DNA of 62,911 nucleotides, filler included, from Octopus bimaculoides (GCF_001194135.2; 4 parts of 3 records of this genome joined end to end with filler, not necessarily neighbours in it), one strand, 5' to 3'. Numbered from the whole stretch's first letter, positions 1 through 13,170 are shown. Notes: generated by a model from the sequence alone, not told the origin. Translations and numbers: made by a program.

Positions 1-90
1 TGTTTCACTGGTACTTAATTTGCAACGGGCAAAATACAGCTAAGCATTTCATCCAGCATGCTAACGATTCTGCCAGCTCAGTGCCTTACA
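1..90 (-). mobile_element. SINE family 1 (tRNA-type, ATT-tailed), 5' fragment with internal deletion
   Basis: Reverse complement of the head seen at about 59600 (GGC..GAGCTGGCAGAATCGTTAGC); near-identical to 499-647 but lacking about 60 bp. Confidence 0.75.
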
Positions 91-118
91 TAATAATAAT
101 AATAATAATAATAATAAT

Positions 119-400
119 ATGAATGTGGAATCTAAAAACAGAAACAATTCCTATCATAGTAGGTGCCTTAGGTATAATAAAAAAAATATTCAGACAAATA
201 CATAACAAAAACACCAGGACTTACAAATATATATAACATACAGAAAATTGCACTACTGGGCACTGCACACATCCTACGCAAAACACTTTCAATACAGTAA
301 CCATAAGAGCATCACAGCAAACCACAGCACATACCCAAGGCACACAGAGCTGCACTCGGCGGTGAAGTGAAAGCACGCTATAAAAATAAAACTACTGAAC
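119..400 (+). mobile_element. R4/Dong-like non-LTR retrotransposon family A, 5'-truncated 3' end
   Basis: Encodes MWNLKTETIPIIVGALG...RKTLSIQ* as in ORF 49056-49649; 3' UTR ends AAAATAAAACTACTGAAC; AAT repeats on both sides. Confidence 0.85.
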
Positions 401-430
401 GATAATAATAACAATGATAATAATAATAAT

Positions 431-647
431 CTTTTCTATTATAGGTACAAGAGCAAGTAATTATGGCGGAGGGAGGTAGTTGATTACATCTACCCGAGTG
501 TCTCACTGGTACTTAATTTATTGACCCTGAAAGGATGAAACGCAGAGTTGACCTTGGCGGAATTTGAACTCAGAATGTAGCAACGGGCGAAATACCGCTA
601 AGCATTTCATCCAGTATGCTAACGATTCTGCCAGCTCAGTGCCTTAC
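431..647 (-). mobile_element. SINE family 1, near-complete
   Basis: Reverse complement carries an A-box-like TGGCAGAATCGTTAGC, B-box GTTCAAATTCC and tail ...AGAAAAG(ATT)n. Confidence 0.8.
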
Positions 648-1319
648 AAATAAACAGAAAAAAGATGGTATAAACACACGCCAGAAAAGGTCACAGAAAA
701 CGAGAAAGCAACCATACTCTGGGATATGCCAATACACACAGATAGAGAAATTAAGGCAAATAGACCAGATATAGNNNNNNNNNNNNNNNNNNNNNNNNNN
801 NNNNNNNNNNNNNNNNNNNNNNNNNNNNNNNNNNNNNNNNNNNNNNNNNNNNNNNNNNNNNNNNNNNNNNNNNNNNNNNNNNNNNNNNNNNNNNNNNNNN
901 NNNNNNNNNNNNNNNNNNNNNNNNNNNNNNNNNNNNNNNNNNNNNNNNNNNNNNNNNNNNNNNNNNNNNNNNNNNNNNNNNNNNNNNNNNNNNNNNNNNN
1001 NNNNNNNNNNNNNNNNNNNNNNNNNNNNNNNNNNNNNNNNNNNNNNNNNNNNNNNNNNNNNNNNNNNNNNNNNNNNNNNNNNNNNNNNNNNNNNNNNNNN
1101 NNNNNNNNNNNNNNNNNNNNNNNNNNNNNNNNNNNNNNNNNNNNNNNNNNNNNNNNNNNNNNNNNNNNNNNNNNNNNNNNNNNNNNNNNNNNNNNNNNNN
1201 NNNNNNNNNNNNNNNNNNNNNNNNNNNNNNNNNNNNNNNNNNNNNNNNNNNNNNNNNNNNNNNNNNNNNNNNNNNNNNNNNNNNNNNNNNNNNNNNTTAT
1301 AAAAATAAAACTACTGAAC
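646..1319 (+). mobile_element. R4/Dong family A 3' portion spanning an assembly gap (775-1296)
   Basis: KRWYKHTPEKVTENEKATILWDMPIHTDREIKANRPDI before the gap; terminal AAAATAAAACTACTGAAC after it. Confidence 0.75.
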
Positions 1320-1334
1320 CATAATAATAATAAT

Positions 1335-1616
1335 ATGAATGTGGAATCTAAAAACAGAAACAATTCCTATCATAGTAGGTGCCTTAGGTATAATAAAAAA
1401 AATATTCAGACAAATACATAACAAAAACACCAAGACTTACAAATATATATAACATACAGAAAATTGCACTACTGGGCACTGCACACATCCTACACAAAAC
1501 ACTTTCAATACAGTAACCATAAGAGCATCACAGCAAACCACAGCACATACCCAAGGCGCACAGAGCTGCGCTCGGTAGTGAAGTGAAAGCACGCTATAAA
1601 AATAAAACTACTGAAC
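1335..1616 (+). mobile_element. R4/Dong family A 3' end
   Basis: About 97% identical to 119-400 with the same 5' truncation; followed by (AAT)n. Confidence 0.85.
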
Positions 1617-1654
<38 letters not shown>

Positions 1655-3340
1655 TAACCTTGGCTTATTTATTATGTAAGTTTGTAGCCAACTTTTAAAT
1701 GTCAATGGATAAAACTGTGATTGAACCAATTTCTGCTTCAAAAAAATTGAAACAGATTGAAGAGCAAAAGAATAAGATATTTCAGCACAAACTATAAATG
1801 CTAGGGAGAAGGAAGTGGAGATACTTGTGCCAGCAAGAAAAGATAGCAACTGATATAAATCTGAAAATATTCTGAAAGAGTACGTATGTAAAAAGGATTC
1901 TCTGCTTATAACAAAGTTGGTGAAAACTGTAAATGAGGAGACATGTCTTTCATGATGTTATCTTTATTATTAACAATAAAACCTATCTTATTGCTTGAAT
2001 TAAAGCTTTAGTTAATGCTGTAAAAACCTAAAGTAGGGTGGGGCAGAAAAAAGATGGTATAAACACACGCCTGATATTAGAATATACACCAGCCTTGAAG
2101 ACAGTTGCTCATAGATTACAACCACAGAATAAATAAATACATAAATAAATGAAAATGATAATAATAAAAAAAAAACTGGATATTAATAGACAGTCTATTT
2201 CAGAAAATAGAAGCATTTATTTATACCAAATTTCCGTTTGAAAAATATCAAGTGGCACGTGCAAAGAGTTGAAATGACCTATAATTAGTAAAAATTACTC
2301 CCTCGTGCAAAAAAAAAAAAAAAAAAAAAAAAAAAATGAACCAAAACGTTTAACTGATAGTTAATTTGGTGTTAAAGATTATGATTAAAGAGGTATTAGG
2401 TACATGAGAATAACATCTGTCAAAATGATTTATAGAAAATATCACAAGAATTAAAAAATAATACAGTTTATGGTAGCAAATGATTTAAGTTCATGCGACT
2501 AAAATTCAAAAAACACTATGAAAATAGTAAATGTATTTCAACTATTACATCAGTTGGAAAAACAAAAAGACAATAATCAATATAATTTATTTGATGATAA
2601 AATAAATAAAAGATTAGTTTAAAATTTCTGTAAATAATTTTCAAATCTTTTAACCTGAAAAAGAAAAGGAAGAGTAATATTTGTTTGTAACCGTTATAGA
2701 CCTGGGTGAGATCAATATGGGTGATATTACTCATCTGAATTTCTGTAGGTTGATGTTTGCTGGGAAGGTATGGGTGGATTAAATCAGTGGTTCTCAACTA
2801 GGGTTCATATGACTCTTGGGGGTCTACATAAGATTTTGTTGTTAAAATTATGCCCAATAAACCTGTTATACTTCTAGAATACACAAAATATTTTAACAAT
2901 TTTTTTTTATACAATGCTTAATAATATTGAATTATAAAGATATAGGATTTTTCAAAACAAGTGGCTATGAGGGTGCATCTGAGTAAAATAGGAATCATGG
3001 GGTGTCTATAGGTAAGAAATGGTTGAGAACCACTGGATTACACAAAGTGTTTAGAAGAAGATTTTAGGAATAAGTTATTGAAGAGATGAAATGACGTAAG
3101 TCAGGTACATCATCAGCTAGGTTTTGATGGGGTGATCCTTATAAAATGCTTGTTAAAGGAATGGAAACAATTATTGTATCAATGCAGAGATAAATGGAAG
3201 ATAGACTAGTAATAGTAGTATGTTGATTAAGAGAAGGTCATTATAGAAATGAATGTTTCTCAACACACACCTTTATGTATGTTTTATTTTGTTTTAAACC
3301 TAACTATAAAAATCTAAGGAATACAGCCTTGATCATCATC

Positions 3341-3548
3341 ATCATCATCATCATCGTTTAACGTCCGCTTTCCGTGCTAGCATGGGTTGGACGATTTGAC
3401 TGAGGACTGGTGAAACCGGATGGCAACATCAGGCTCCAATCTGATTTGGCAGAGTTTCTACAGCTGGATGCCCTTCCTAACGCCAACCACTCAGAGAGTG
3501 TAGTGGGTGCTTTTACATGTCACCTGCACGAAGGCCAGTCAGGCGGTA
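3341..3548 (-). mobile_element. RTE-type 3' tail (SINE or LINE end) with (GAT)n tail
   Basis: Reverse strand ...GGAAGGGCATCCAGCTGTAGAAAC...GCGGACGTTAAACGATGATGATG, typical of RTE-related 3' ends. Confidence 0.6.
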
Positions 3549-4178
3549 AAGAAATATTGTCAAGTATTGAGTAAAAGAATGCAAAAATGAATGCAGTATA
3601 ATATTTGATGAAGAGTAACATATGTCTTTGGGGTCTGTAAAGCAAAATTTTAGGAATCACTAAATAAAAATATTAAATGTTTCTGTTGAAGATATTAATA
3701 TCAGGGTAAATTAAATGGATGACATCTAAGTTTTGTCCATAAACAATTAACAAAAGACAAGATAGTGCATTTGTTCATTGCTTGTTATCAAAGTAATTTG
3801 AAATATGATCATAGACATTAAAAGCTATTTAGAGAGGAATAACTAATCCTCTGTTTAGTGGGCTGATCCACTACTCAGGAAGAAACTATTTTAAGAGTGC
3901 GTCCTGCCTTATCTTTGAAACGCCTAGTTTTAGAATAGAGGCAGCTGATGAAGGAATAATTCCATAAGTGGCTTGTTTGTTTCCCTATGTGTTTGTTCTG
4001 TTATCTGTAAACAAAGTCCGTTTTGTTTTTATGCTCCCGTTCATTTTTCTAACGTCCTGTACCCGAATATGCATCTATATATATACATGTAGATGTTGGT
4101 ATACATGCATATGCTTATATATCATTTGTTTATATATATATATATATAGATATATATATATACACACACACACACATA

Positions 4179-4590
4179 CAGGGTGTTCAGGTTAAATTTG
4201 ATGATTTTTCTGCGTCACAGTCAGCAACAGCTTGATGTATTTGTGAACAGTCAATGGTTTTGGAGAGCATATAGATTAAAGTTGTATTTGAGAAAGAGTT
4301 AGCAAACATGGAAGACTAGAAGCCATCTAAATATTGGAAAAGAGTCAGCTGTATCTTGATGGTTCATGCCTTGTATGAAAATATTGACATCATGACTGCT
4401 ACTCAATGCTCTGTGTAGAGGCTATAAGACATGACATGGACATCATGAAAACCAAGTTCCCTCATACTGTGATGGTCTATGGGTGTGTTTCCAATGAGGA
4501 TATTGTCATGGTGCCCCACATTTTTCAACGGGGCTTTAGGCTCAATTCAGATGATATGTGAGGCTGGTGGAAGGCCATATATATATAAGC
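4179..4590 (+). mobile_element. Internally deleted maT/DD37D Tc1-mariner remnant
   Basis: Starts TA|CAGGGTG; contains MKTKFPHTVMVYGCVSNE, homologous to MHTKFPANVMVLGVVNDEG of the 11357-12504 copy. Confidence 0.6.
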
Positions 4591-4624
4591 AGGGATGGCA
4601 GGGAAAGCCCATAATCCTAATCCC

Positions 4625-6080
4625 CACTATAGTTAATCAGGTTGTACTTGAAAGTATCATACCCAATGGCTGGTGTAGCAGCATTATAATCAACTACTAC
4701 AAGGGTAAAGGTGATGCTTTGGAGAGGAGTTATTACAGATATATCAAATTGCTGGGCTAGGTCTTGAAAGTTACAGAAAGAGTTATAGTTCAACTACTTA
4801 GGAAGAGAGTTAGAGTAGATGAGGTACAGTTTGTTTTGTGCCAGGAACAAGTACCATTGATACTCTCTTCTTAGTGAGACAGCTTGCAGTAAAAGTATTT
4901 AGCCACTGTACTTGGCTTTTGTCAACCTGGGAAAAAAACCTTTGACAGGGTTCACTTCTGATTTGATAGTTGCTGCAGAAGATAGGAGTAGATAAATGGC
5001 TTGTTAGAGCCATTCAAGTCATGTAGAGGGATGCTGTCAGTAAGATGAGAGTTGACAATGAGTACAATGACAAATTCAGTGAGCAAGTAGAAGTTCACTA
5101 GGGTTTGGTTCTCATTCCTCTCCTATGTCCTCCAGCTCATAAAAGAAAAGTTTCAAATCAGTTTTCACAAGAATCCCTTTATTCTGATGATCTAGTTCTT
5201 GTAGCTAAAACTGTAGTAGAATTAGAAAAGAAATTCCAGGAGTGGAAGCAAAACCTGGAACCAAATGACCTTAAAGTTAACTTAGAAAAGACCAGAGTTC
5301 TGGTTATCAAGAAAATAGACAGTATGCTTATCCCTTCAGGAGAATGGCCCTGTTCAATAAGTAGAGAAGGTGTAGATAGTAATTCAATATGATGTACCCA
5401 GTTCAAACTATGAACACACAAGAGATGGAGTGGAATCACTGGAAGATTAACAGAGAAAGTAGTCTTTGTGTGTGGCAGATGCACAGGAACAAGAACTCTA
5501 TGAACACACAGGAATTAGATTTTCTCAAATGATCAGAAAGATCCTTAGAGATAGTAGACAGTTATCTTGGTGACCTAATTAGCAGTAGAGGAGGATGATC
5601 TGCAAGCATACAAACCATCTGGAGAAAGTTTAGAGAGCTATTACCTCTGTTGGTAACAAAAGGCCTTTCTCTTAGGGTGAAAGGCAGATTGTATGATGCT
5701 TGTGTACAAACAACAATGCTACATAGTAGTGAAACATAGGGCATAAATGCAGAGGACATGTAAAGCTAGCATGCTCTGCTGGATGTGCAATATCAGAGAG
5801 CATATATGACAAAATGCAAATGTGTTGAGACAAAAATTGGGCACAAGGAGAAACAATTGTAGTATACAAAAGAGAAGACTGAGCTGGTATGGTCATGTGA
5901 TGTGTTATGGATGAGGACAGCTGCATAAAGAAGAGACAATCACTTAATGTGGATGAAATTCATGGAAGAGAAGGACCCAGGAAGATGTGGGACAAAGTAG
6001 TGAAAATCGAACTCAGGTTGTTGAGCCTCATGAAGGAGATGACAAAGGACCGAGATGAATGGTGATTCACCATGCTAAAG
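4625..6080 (+). mobile_element. RTE-clade LINE, degenerate reverse transcriptase and C-terminus
   Basis: IPNGWCSSIIINYYKGKGDALERS..IKLL, LYSDDLVLVA, KVNLEKTRVL and WPCSI..GVDSNSI motifs, with stops and frameshifts. Confidence 0.8.
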
Positions 6081-6623
6081 AAGGTGGTGGAGTTGGGGTT
6101 ACATCAGCTCTCAAATGACGGTATTCATTTCAGTTGAATAGACTGGAGTAACATGAAGTCAAATGCTTTGTTTAAGGATACAAAGTCCAGGAATCAAACT
6201 CATGACCTTTGTGATCATGAGCCAACCATGAGCTAAACACTCCAGCCATTGTATGTAGTGCTCTCTATGTACATAGAATTTCTTTGGTATATATTGAATT
6301 TTATTATCAACAAAGTTGGTTTGATTAATTATAAACTAAATAAAAGCAAACAAATTATTGAGTAAAAGTTGAATATGAAGTAAAAGTGCATGAGGAATGA
6401 GTCTAAAGACAGTTCTGCAACAATTAAATAGAAGCAAACACACAACAGAGGCAATTATGAAGTTAAATATATTAAAATGTCTTGGTTACTATAGGATAGA
6501 ATATGAGAATATTTCATTTTTATATTTGGTTTGCAAGATTCTTGATATGAACCCATGTGTTGAAACAGATTTCGCTGTATCTTGGGAGGGTCATTATACT
6601 AATAATAAACACATGGACTCCAT

Positions 6624-6775
6624 TACGTTCTGAGTTCAAATTCCACTGAGGTCGACTTTGCCTTTCATCCTTTTGGGGCCAATAAATTAAGTACCAGTTG
6701 CATACTGGGATCGATCTAATCGACTGGCCCCCCCGTCCCAAAATTTTGGGCCTTGTGCCTAAAGTAGAAAAGAAT
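6624..6775 (+). mobile_element. SINE family 1, 5'-truncated
   Basis: GTTCTGAGTTCAAATTCC..GAGGTCGACTTTGCCTTTCATCC core shared with 59600-59835. Confidence 0.8.
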
Positions 6776-7029
6776 AAACATATGCACTGGTTTTATTTCA
6801 CTTCTTTAATTATCTATTATTTATTAGTTAATCCTTTAACAAATAAATTGTTAGATTGTTTGGTTAATTAATTATTCAGTTGAGTTTGTCAGCCTGGAAT
6901 AGAGAAAGCATGTCATTGATGAAATTGCTAATGGCAATGAAAGGACTCTGACAAACCTGGCTGGGTGATTGACCAAACGATTAATCAAACAATCAATTAC
7001 TTAACTGATTAAATGTTAACGAATTGAGA

Positions 7030-7125
7030 TAATAATAGTTTCAAATTTTGGCACAAAGCCAGCAAGTTCAAGGGAGGAGGATGAGTCGATTACCTCGACC
7101 CCAGTGCTTGACTGATACTTAATGA
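7030..7125 (-). mobile_element. SINE family 1 3' fragment
   Basis: Reverse complement of the tail GGGTCGA..AATCGAC...CCAAAATTTGAAAC(TATT). Confidence 0.65.
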
Positions 7126-8549
7126 CCCTCTCAAGATACAATAATATTAGGCTTTCCAATCTGGTTTAATTAGTGAATCTCTTATATTATATTATATTAT
7201 ATTATATATANNNNNNNNNNTATGTATATATAAAGAACTCTTCAGTATCATCACTTCAGAAAAATAGCTATAAAACTGAACAGTAATTTTTATTGAAGGG
7301 CAAAAAGTCTGGATTATGAAATAAAAAAAAGATACTTGGTTAGATAGTTTTGAACTGTAAACATAATATGGCTGAAGAATAAACATATAATTGAAGATTC
7401 AAGATTAAGCTAATATGTTACAAGTTGGTATGAGCAAGAATAATGTTCTTTGAAAGGGCATCACCCTAGAGAATGTTGTCTGAAAGAGCATCAGTTAAAG
7501 AATGAAGTAGTTTGACAGTCAATGCACTTCAAGATGTATCCAAATGCAATGAAGATGTATGAACTGCAGTAGTAGAACAAGGTGAGAGTTAATAACCTGA
7601 AAAGTAACTACAGTTACCTGGAACTGCTAATTTATTAAAACCATGATTTAAAATGGAACCTGTTGTGGTTTCAAAGAAAAAAAATAACTGAAATGATGAT
7701 AATTGAAATGTAGGAAAAAGTGTAAGAAATATATTTAGTCTCAGAGAATTTGAACATGAATTCATAGTTTAAGAATATAATCTTGAATATTTAACAGTAA
7801 ACCTAACAGATTTGTAACATCACTTAACATACTTGACTAGATTTCAGATTGTTCAATGACAAACAACAGATATGTAACAAAGATAAAAATAAAACAAAAA
7901 AAGAGAACCAAGCTGGTTTACATTGTCAGAGAAATGAAACCTGAGAATAAAACATTGTAATTAGTATGCAGAGGTATACAGCTATTGTAAGATATGTTGA
8001 CATTTGTTGGTAAATTTGGTCTGAATTTACTGTTGGTTTTTCTTTTGTCAGATGCAAGGAAAAGAATTTTCAGATCTGGAACACTTCAAAATAGCTCTTT
8101 CTCATGCCAATGATCTAAAAGCTAAGTTATTAACTTATGATAACAATAACTAGAGGGAAGTGGATTAGCAGAATCATTAGAGCATTGGATAAGACTGCCT
8201 TGTGGTATTTTGTTACAGGCCTTTACATTCTATGTTCAAATCAATTTTGTCTTTCGTTCTTTCTTGGAGCATAAGTACCTGTAAATTACTGGGTTGATGT
8301 AGTTGAGGATATTTACTTCCCAAATTTGAAGCTTTGTGCTTATGTAAAAAGTTATTATTACAACAACTTTGCATTTCTCAACTCCATAAGGATCCCTCAT
8401 AAGTATCAGTGCAAATCATACTGTACAAATGTACTTAAATTTCACCATATTTTGTCATCAAAATATCAATACCCTTTAGAAATAGACACATAATTTGCTT
8501 TCAATATTTAAAGTAATTAAAAGGTTTTGAAATTACAGGTGCAAATATG

Positions 8550-8740
8550 GCTACATTGGCAAAGGCATGTCGGTGTAGTTAAAAAGTTTACTTTGCAACC
8601 ACATGGTTTTAGGTTCAATCCTACTGTGCTATACCTTGGACAAGTGTCTTCTACTACAGCCCCAAGCCAACCAATGACTTGGTAGATGGAAACTGTATGG
8701 AAGCCCAGCATGGTTGCAGTCCAATGACTGAAACAAGTAT
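8550..8740 (+). mobile_element. SINE family 4 (tRNA-type, microsatellite-containing), diverged
   Basis: GGTTCAATCCTACTG..CACCTTGGACAAGTGTCTTCTACTA..GGTAGATGGAAACTG, shared with 24540-24692 and 62080-62222. Confidence 0.7.
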
Positions 8741-8863
8741 ATATATATATATATATATANNNNNNNNNNNNNNNNNNNNNNNNNNNNNNNNNNNNNNNNN
8801 NNNNNNNNNNNNNNNNNNNNNNNNNNNNNNNNNNNNNNNNNNNNNNNNNNNNNNNNNNNCACG

Positions 8864-8909
<46 letters not shown>

Positions 8910-8919
8910 CGTACCTATA

Positions 8920-9090
8920 TATACGTACGACGGACTTCTTCCAATTTCCGTCTACCAAATCCACTCACAAAGGCTTTGGTCGGCCCGAGGCTAAAGTAGA
9001 AGATACATGCCCAAGGTGTTACACTGTGGGACTGAACGCGGAACCATTTGGTTGGGAAGCAAGCTTGTTATCACACAGCCACACCTGCGG
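8920..9090 (-). mobile_element. SINE family 4, 5' half
   Basis: TTTCCGTCTACCAAATCCACTCACAAAGGCTTTGGTCGGCCCGAGGC, also at 23270, 24540 and 62090. Confidence 0.75.
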
Positions 9091-9763
9091 CTATAAAAAA
9101 AGTTACAAGCAGGCGGCAGTGCGAATCGAACTCAGTAACTCTCAGATACCGGCTGAATGCTCTACAATTAAGCTAAACGGTCATTGACTGTTTATATATA
9201 TATACATGTATGTCTGTCTGTATGTATGTATGTATGTATGTATGTATATATGTGCGTGTGTGTGTGTGTATGTGTGTGTGTGTACACACATATGAATTGT
9301 TTATTATTTGATATTTGTATTTATCAAATATATAGATAATATAGTACATCTCTCTCAGGCAGTATATGATTCTGACCCCTCTAAATATGTCTTTACATTA
9401 TCTAATAATGCCCATACGGTTGCTGGTGTTTGCTTTGTCTTCGGATTTCGAGATCTGCTTTATATGTGTCGTGCTGTTAAATTCACAGAAATAACACACT
9501 ACCCATTGCCAACCCAATGTTACAGTTCTTATAACATAATCAAACTAAAAAAAAAAACAGGAAGACACACAGGCAGGTAGACAAAGACAAATATATAGCT
9601 AGATGAAAGTGAATCTGAATGTTTTTCACTCTCAACTGTAGCCTCNNNNNNNNNNTCTCATAAATAATGTCCAGATTTCAAATAAGGAGAACAAGTGATC
9701 AAATCTTATATTTTAAGGAAACTTAATCGTTTCCATGATTATCTATTACATCTTTCCATATAC

Positions 9764-10700
9764 TCATAAGCATTGTAATCCCATTAGTAAAAAAACCTTC
9801 GGTTTGGAAGAGAAGAACTCTGAAAGGTCAGTTTCGACTTCCTCAGTTGATTTGAGAGTTAATCCATCCAAATGATTCTGTAAACTACGGAACAAGTGGC
9901 AATCTGAAGGAGTAAGGTCTGGGGAATAAGGTGGATGAGCAATTTTCTCCCAGCCAAGTTCCTCGATCTTCTGTGGCATGATCTTTGCAGTGCGGGGTCT
10001 TGCATTGTCCTGATGAAACACCACTCCCTTTTTTTTCTTCAAAGCAGCGTTCAAACGCTCTAATTGTTGACACTAGATTTGAGCATTGATTGTTGCATTA
10101 CTTGGTAGCAACTCAAAATGGATGACTCCTTTGCAATCTCACCAAACAGAGAAAAGAACCTTCTTCCCATGGAGTCCTCTTTTCGGTTGTAGCTGGGCCT
10201 TTTCCCCTTCACCAAGCCAATGTCTACAACGCTTAACATTTTGATAAAAGACTCATTTTTCATCACCGGTCACCAGTTTGTCCAAAAAGGATTAGATGAA
10301 TTCACGAGAACGAGCAGAAGAGCAGATGTCCACTCGGGATTTGTAGTTGGCTTCAGGCACCCATGAGGCACCCATTTCCCGAGTTTTGGAACCTTTCAAA
10401 GCTGTTAAAGATGGAGGTTAACAATTGTATGGATTGAACGAAGCTTGCTTGCCAATTCTTCAACTGAGACTGCGTAATCTTTTTTCAAGTTCTGTCAAAT
10501 GGAGCTTGTCAGGAAACTTAGTTGGACCTCCTGTTTGAGTCTTATCTTTATGACTGAAATCTCCACGTCAAAATTTCCAAAACCATCTTTTGTAAGTTCT
10601 TTCATTCAGGCACTCTTCTCCATAAGCTGAGTGAATATTTCCAATCGCTTCATCTGCAGAGTTCCCTTATTTCAAGTAATAAAACATTATGTTTCAAATG
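9764..10700 (-). mobile_element. Mariner (DD34D) transposase pseudogene
   Basis: HQDNARP...HPPYSPDLTPSD with 34 residues between the second and third D; upstream LVTGDEK-like and WVP-like segments in broken frames. Confidence 0.9.
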
Positions 10701-11031
10701 ATCCTTAAACACTTCCATGTTTGAAAAGCTATAATTAGTACAATTTCAATTGGTTTATTCTACAAAATGAAATTTGATTTGTTTAAATATGTCCAAATGC
10801 ATATAAATATTACCTGATGCCATTAGATATTCTAAAATACTGATAAAGCATTTACTAATTGAAAAGTCCAGACATTACTGATATATATATAGATGTACTT
10901 GCATAACAAGTGACCTGATCGGAGATCGTGTGCTGGAACGAAAACAATAGAAGCGTGGAAGGTGTTTATAAGCCATTTAAGAAACACACAAAAACCCTTA
11001 GATTCACTTCAACATTTAAATTTCATTTGCA

Positions 11032-11138
11032 AAAATATTTTCGTCGCTTTGAGACCGCGACCTGTTCACTGACAAGATTCCGTGCTGCATCTCGGAATTT
11101 TGTCAGTGAACAGGTCGCGGTCAAAGCAAAAATATTTT
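11032..11138. repeat. Near-perfect inverted repeat (about 35-bp stem, 10-nt loop)
   Basis: GCTTTGAGACCGCGACCTGTTCACTGACAAGATTCCG (11046-11082) pairs with CGGAATTTTGTCAGTGAACAGGTCGCGGTCAAAGC (11093-11127). Confidence 0.9.
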
Positions 11139-11356
11139 GGCAAATATACATATATATNNNNNNNNNNNNNNNNNNNNNNNNNNNNNNNNNNNNNNNNNNN
11201 NNNNNNNNNNNNNNNNNNNNNNNNNNNNNNNNNNNNNNNNNNNNNNNTATATATATATATATATATATGTATACATACATAGAAATACATACATATATGT
11301 ACATATATATATACATACATATATATATACTCATATACATATATGTATATATGTAT

Positions 11357-12504
11357 GTAAGGGTGCCTAAGTTATTTGAGGACAGATTTATGTTTATAAA
11401 AATATCGATATATAATAACAGATAACTTTATTTATCAAAAAATGCTATTAGGATAAAAGTCGACCTTCTTTTCTATAATGTTATTCAATAAAGCCACCTT
11501 CAGCTTCTCAACTGCTTCTATATGAGATCTAAATCCTCTCCATGCTCGAATCAAGTGGTCCTGGTTCATTTTGGACATTACTCTCACTATGGCAACTTTC
11601 AAAGAATCTTTGGTGTTATAGGCGTTTTCATTGACCTCTCTCTCAACAACACTCCACGTGTAATAGTCCAATGGAGTGAGATCTGGGGAATTAGGAGACC
11701 AAATGTTAGGGGTTATGTGATCATGAAAATTGTCAGCCATCCTTTCCTGTGTTACTGGAGCCATGTGTGATAGTGCAGAGTCTTACTGAAAGACATGGCC
11801 GTCCATTGCATACACTGTCTATCCAGGGCTTAACAATTGTTTCCAGGACCTCAATGTGGGCGACAGAATTAACTCTAAGGCCTTGTCGAAAGAAGTAAAG
11901 AGGCATCACATGTCCTTCATCGTTGACAACCCCTAAAACCATGACATTTGCAGGAAATTTTGTATGCATAATGCTTACAACTTCAGAAGGGTCTGCACAT
12001 AACCATTTGTCATTTCTTCTGTTAACGTTTTGATCTTGGTCGAAGTTTTTCTCGCTTGAGAAAAACCAAATAAAATCTGCTGCATTTTTCAGTTTGTTTA
12101 AGAGCCTTTTAGATGTAGTGATGTAGTGATTTTCTCTTGTTTTTTTCTGACAAATTGACCTTTCCTCATCACATAAGACTTATATCTGATGTTTTTGTGG
12201 ACAAGATTTCTGACTGTTCCTTCTGACACATGGAGATCTTTTGTAACTGACCTCATGGACTTTTCTGAGATTATAATCAATAGTCTCTTACACTTGCAAG
12301 ACAAATTCAAGAGTTCTGATGATTTCAGAGCGTTTAGAATGATTTTTAGGCTTTGATACTGGTGATACGTTTCCATCTTCAGTCTCTAGCTCTGCAAACT
12401 TTGTAGACGAAAGATCTGGCAACTTTAAAAAATCGAGATATTTCTATATCGGTCTGCTCAGGCTTTATAACCACAATAGCAGAATGCCTCTTCATTTCTT
12501 GAGT
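11357..12504 (-). mobile_element. maT (DD37D) Tc1/mariner transposase pseudogene
   Basis: DSA...WSPNSPDLTPLDYY with 37 residues between the second and third D; N-terminal EMKRHSAIVV..EISRFFKVARSFVYKV HTH-like segment runs into the gap. Confidence 0.88.
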
Positions 12505-12877
12505 NNNNNNNNNNNNNNNNNNNNNNNNNNNNNNNNNNNNNNNNNNNNNNNNNNNNNNNNNNNNNNNNNNNNNNNNNNNNNNNNNNNNNNNNNNNNNNNN
12601 NNNNNNNNNNNNNNNNNNNNNNNNNNNNNNNNNNNNNNNNNNNNNNNNNNNNNNNNNNNNNNNNNNNNNNNNNNNNNNNNNNNNNNNNNNNNNNNNNNNN
12701 NNNNNNNNNNNNNNNNNNNNNNNNNNNNNNNNNNNNNNNNNNNNNNNNNNNNNNNNNNNNNNNNNNNNNNNNNNNNNATACGTATAAACATATACATATA
12801 TATAGAGACATATATGCATACATATATATACATAATACATATATGTGCATGTATGTATATGCATGGGCACACAATCA

Positions 12878-13170
12878 TGAGGTAGTGTGTTCGATTTCCA
12901 GACCTGGCTGTGTTGTGTTCTTGAGCAAAACACTTTGTTTCACGTTGCTCCAGTTCACTCAGTCGTAGAAATGAGTTGCGACGTCACTGATGCCAATCTG
13001 TAACAGCCTTTGCCTTGCTGTAGATAATATAAGTAGCATGGAGAGGAGAGGCTGGTATGCATGGGCGACTGCTGGTCTTCCATAAACATCCTTGTCCGGA
13101 CTTGTGCCTCAGAGGGCGACTGTCTAGATGCAATCCCGTGGTCATTCATGACCAAAGGGATTCTTTACCC
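12878..13170 (+). mobile_element. SINE-like element (distinct family)
   Basis: B-box-like GTTCGATTTCC followed by GTGTTGTGTTCTTGAGCAAAACACTT, a central-domain-like SINE motif; ends before (TATG)n. Confidence 0.6.

Noticed and set aside
8050-8155. Possible host exon after a polypyrimidine tract and CAG
   Set aside because: The candidate frames stop within about 35 codons, with no recognisable product or partner exon.
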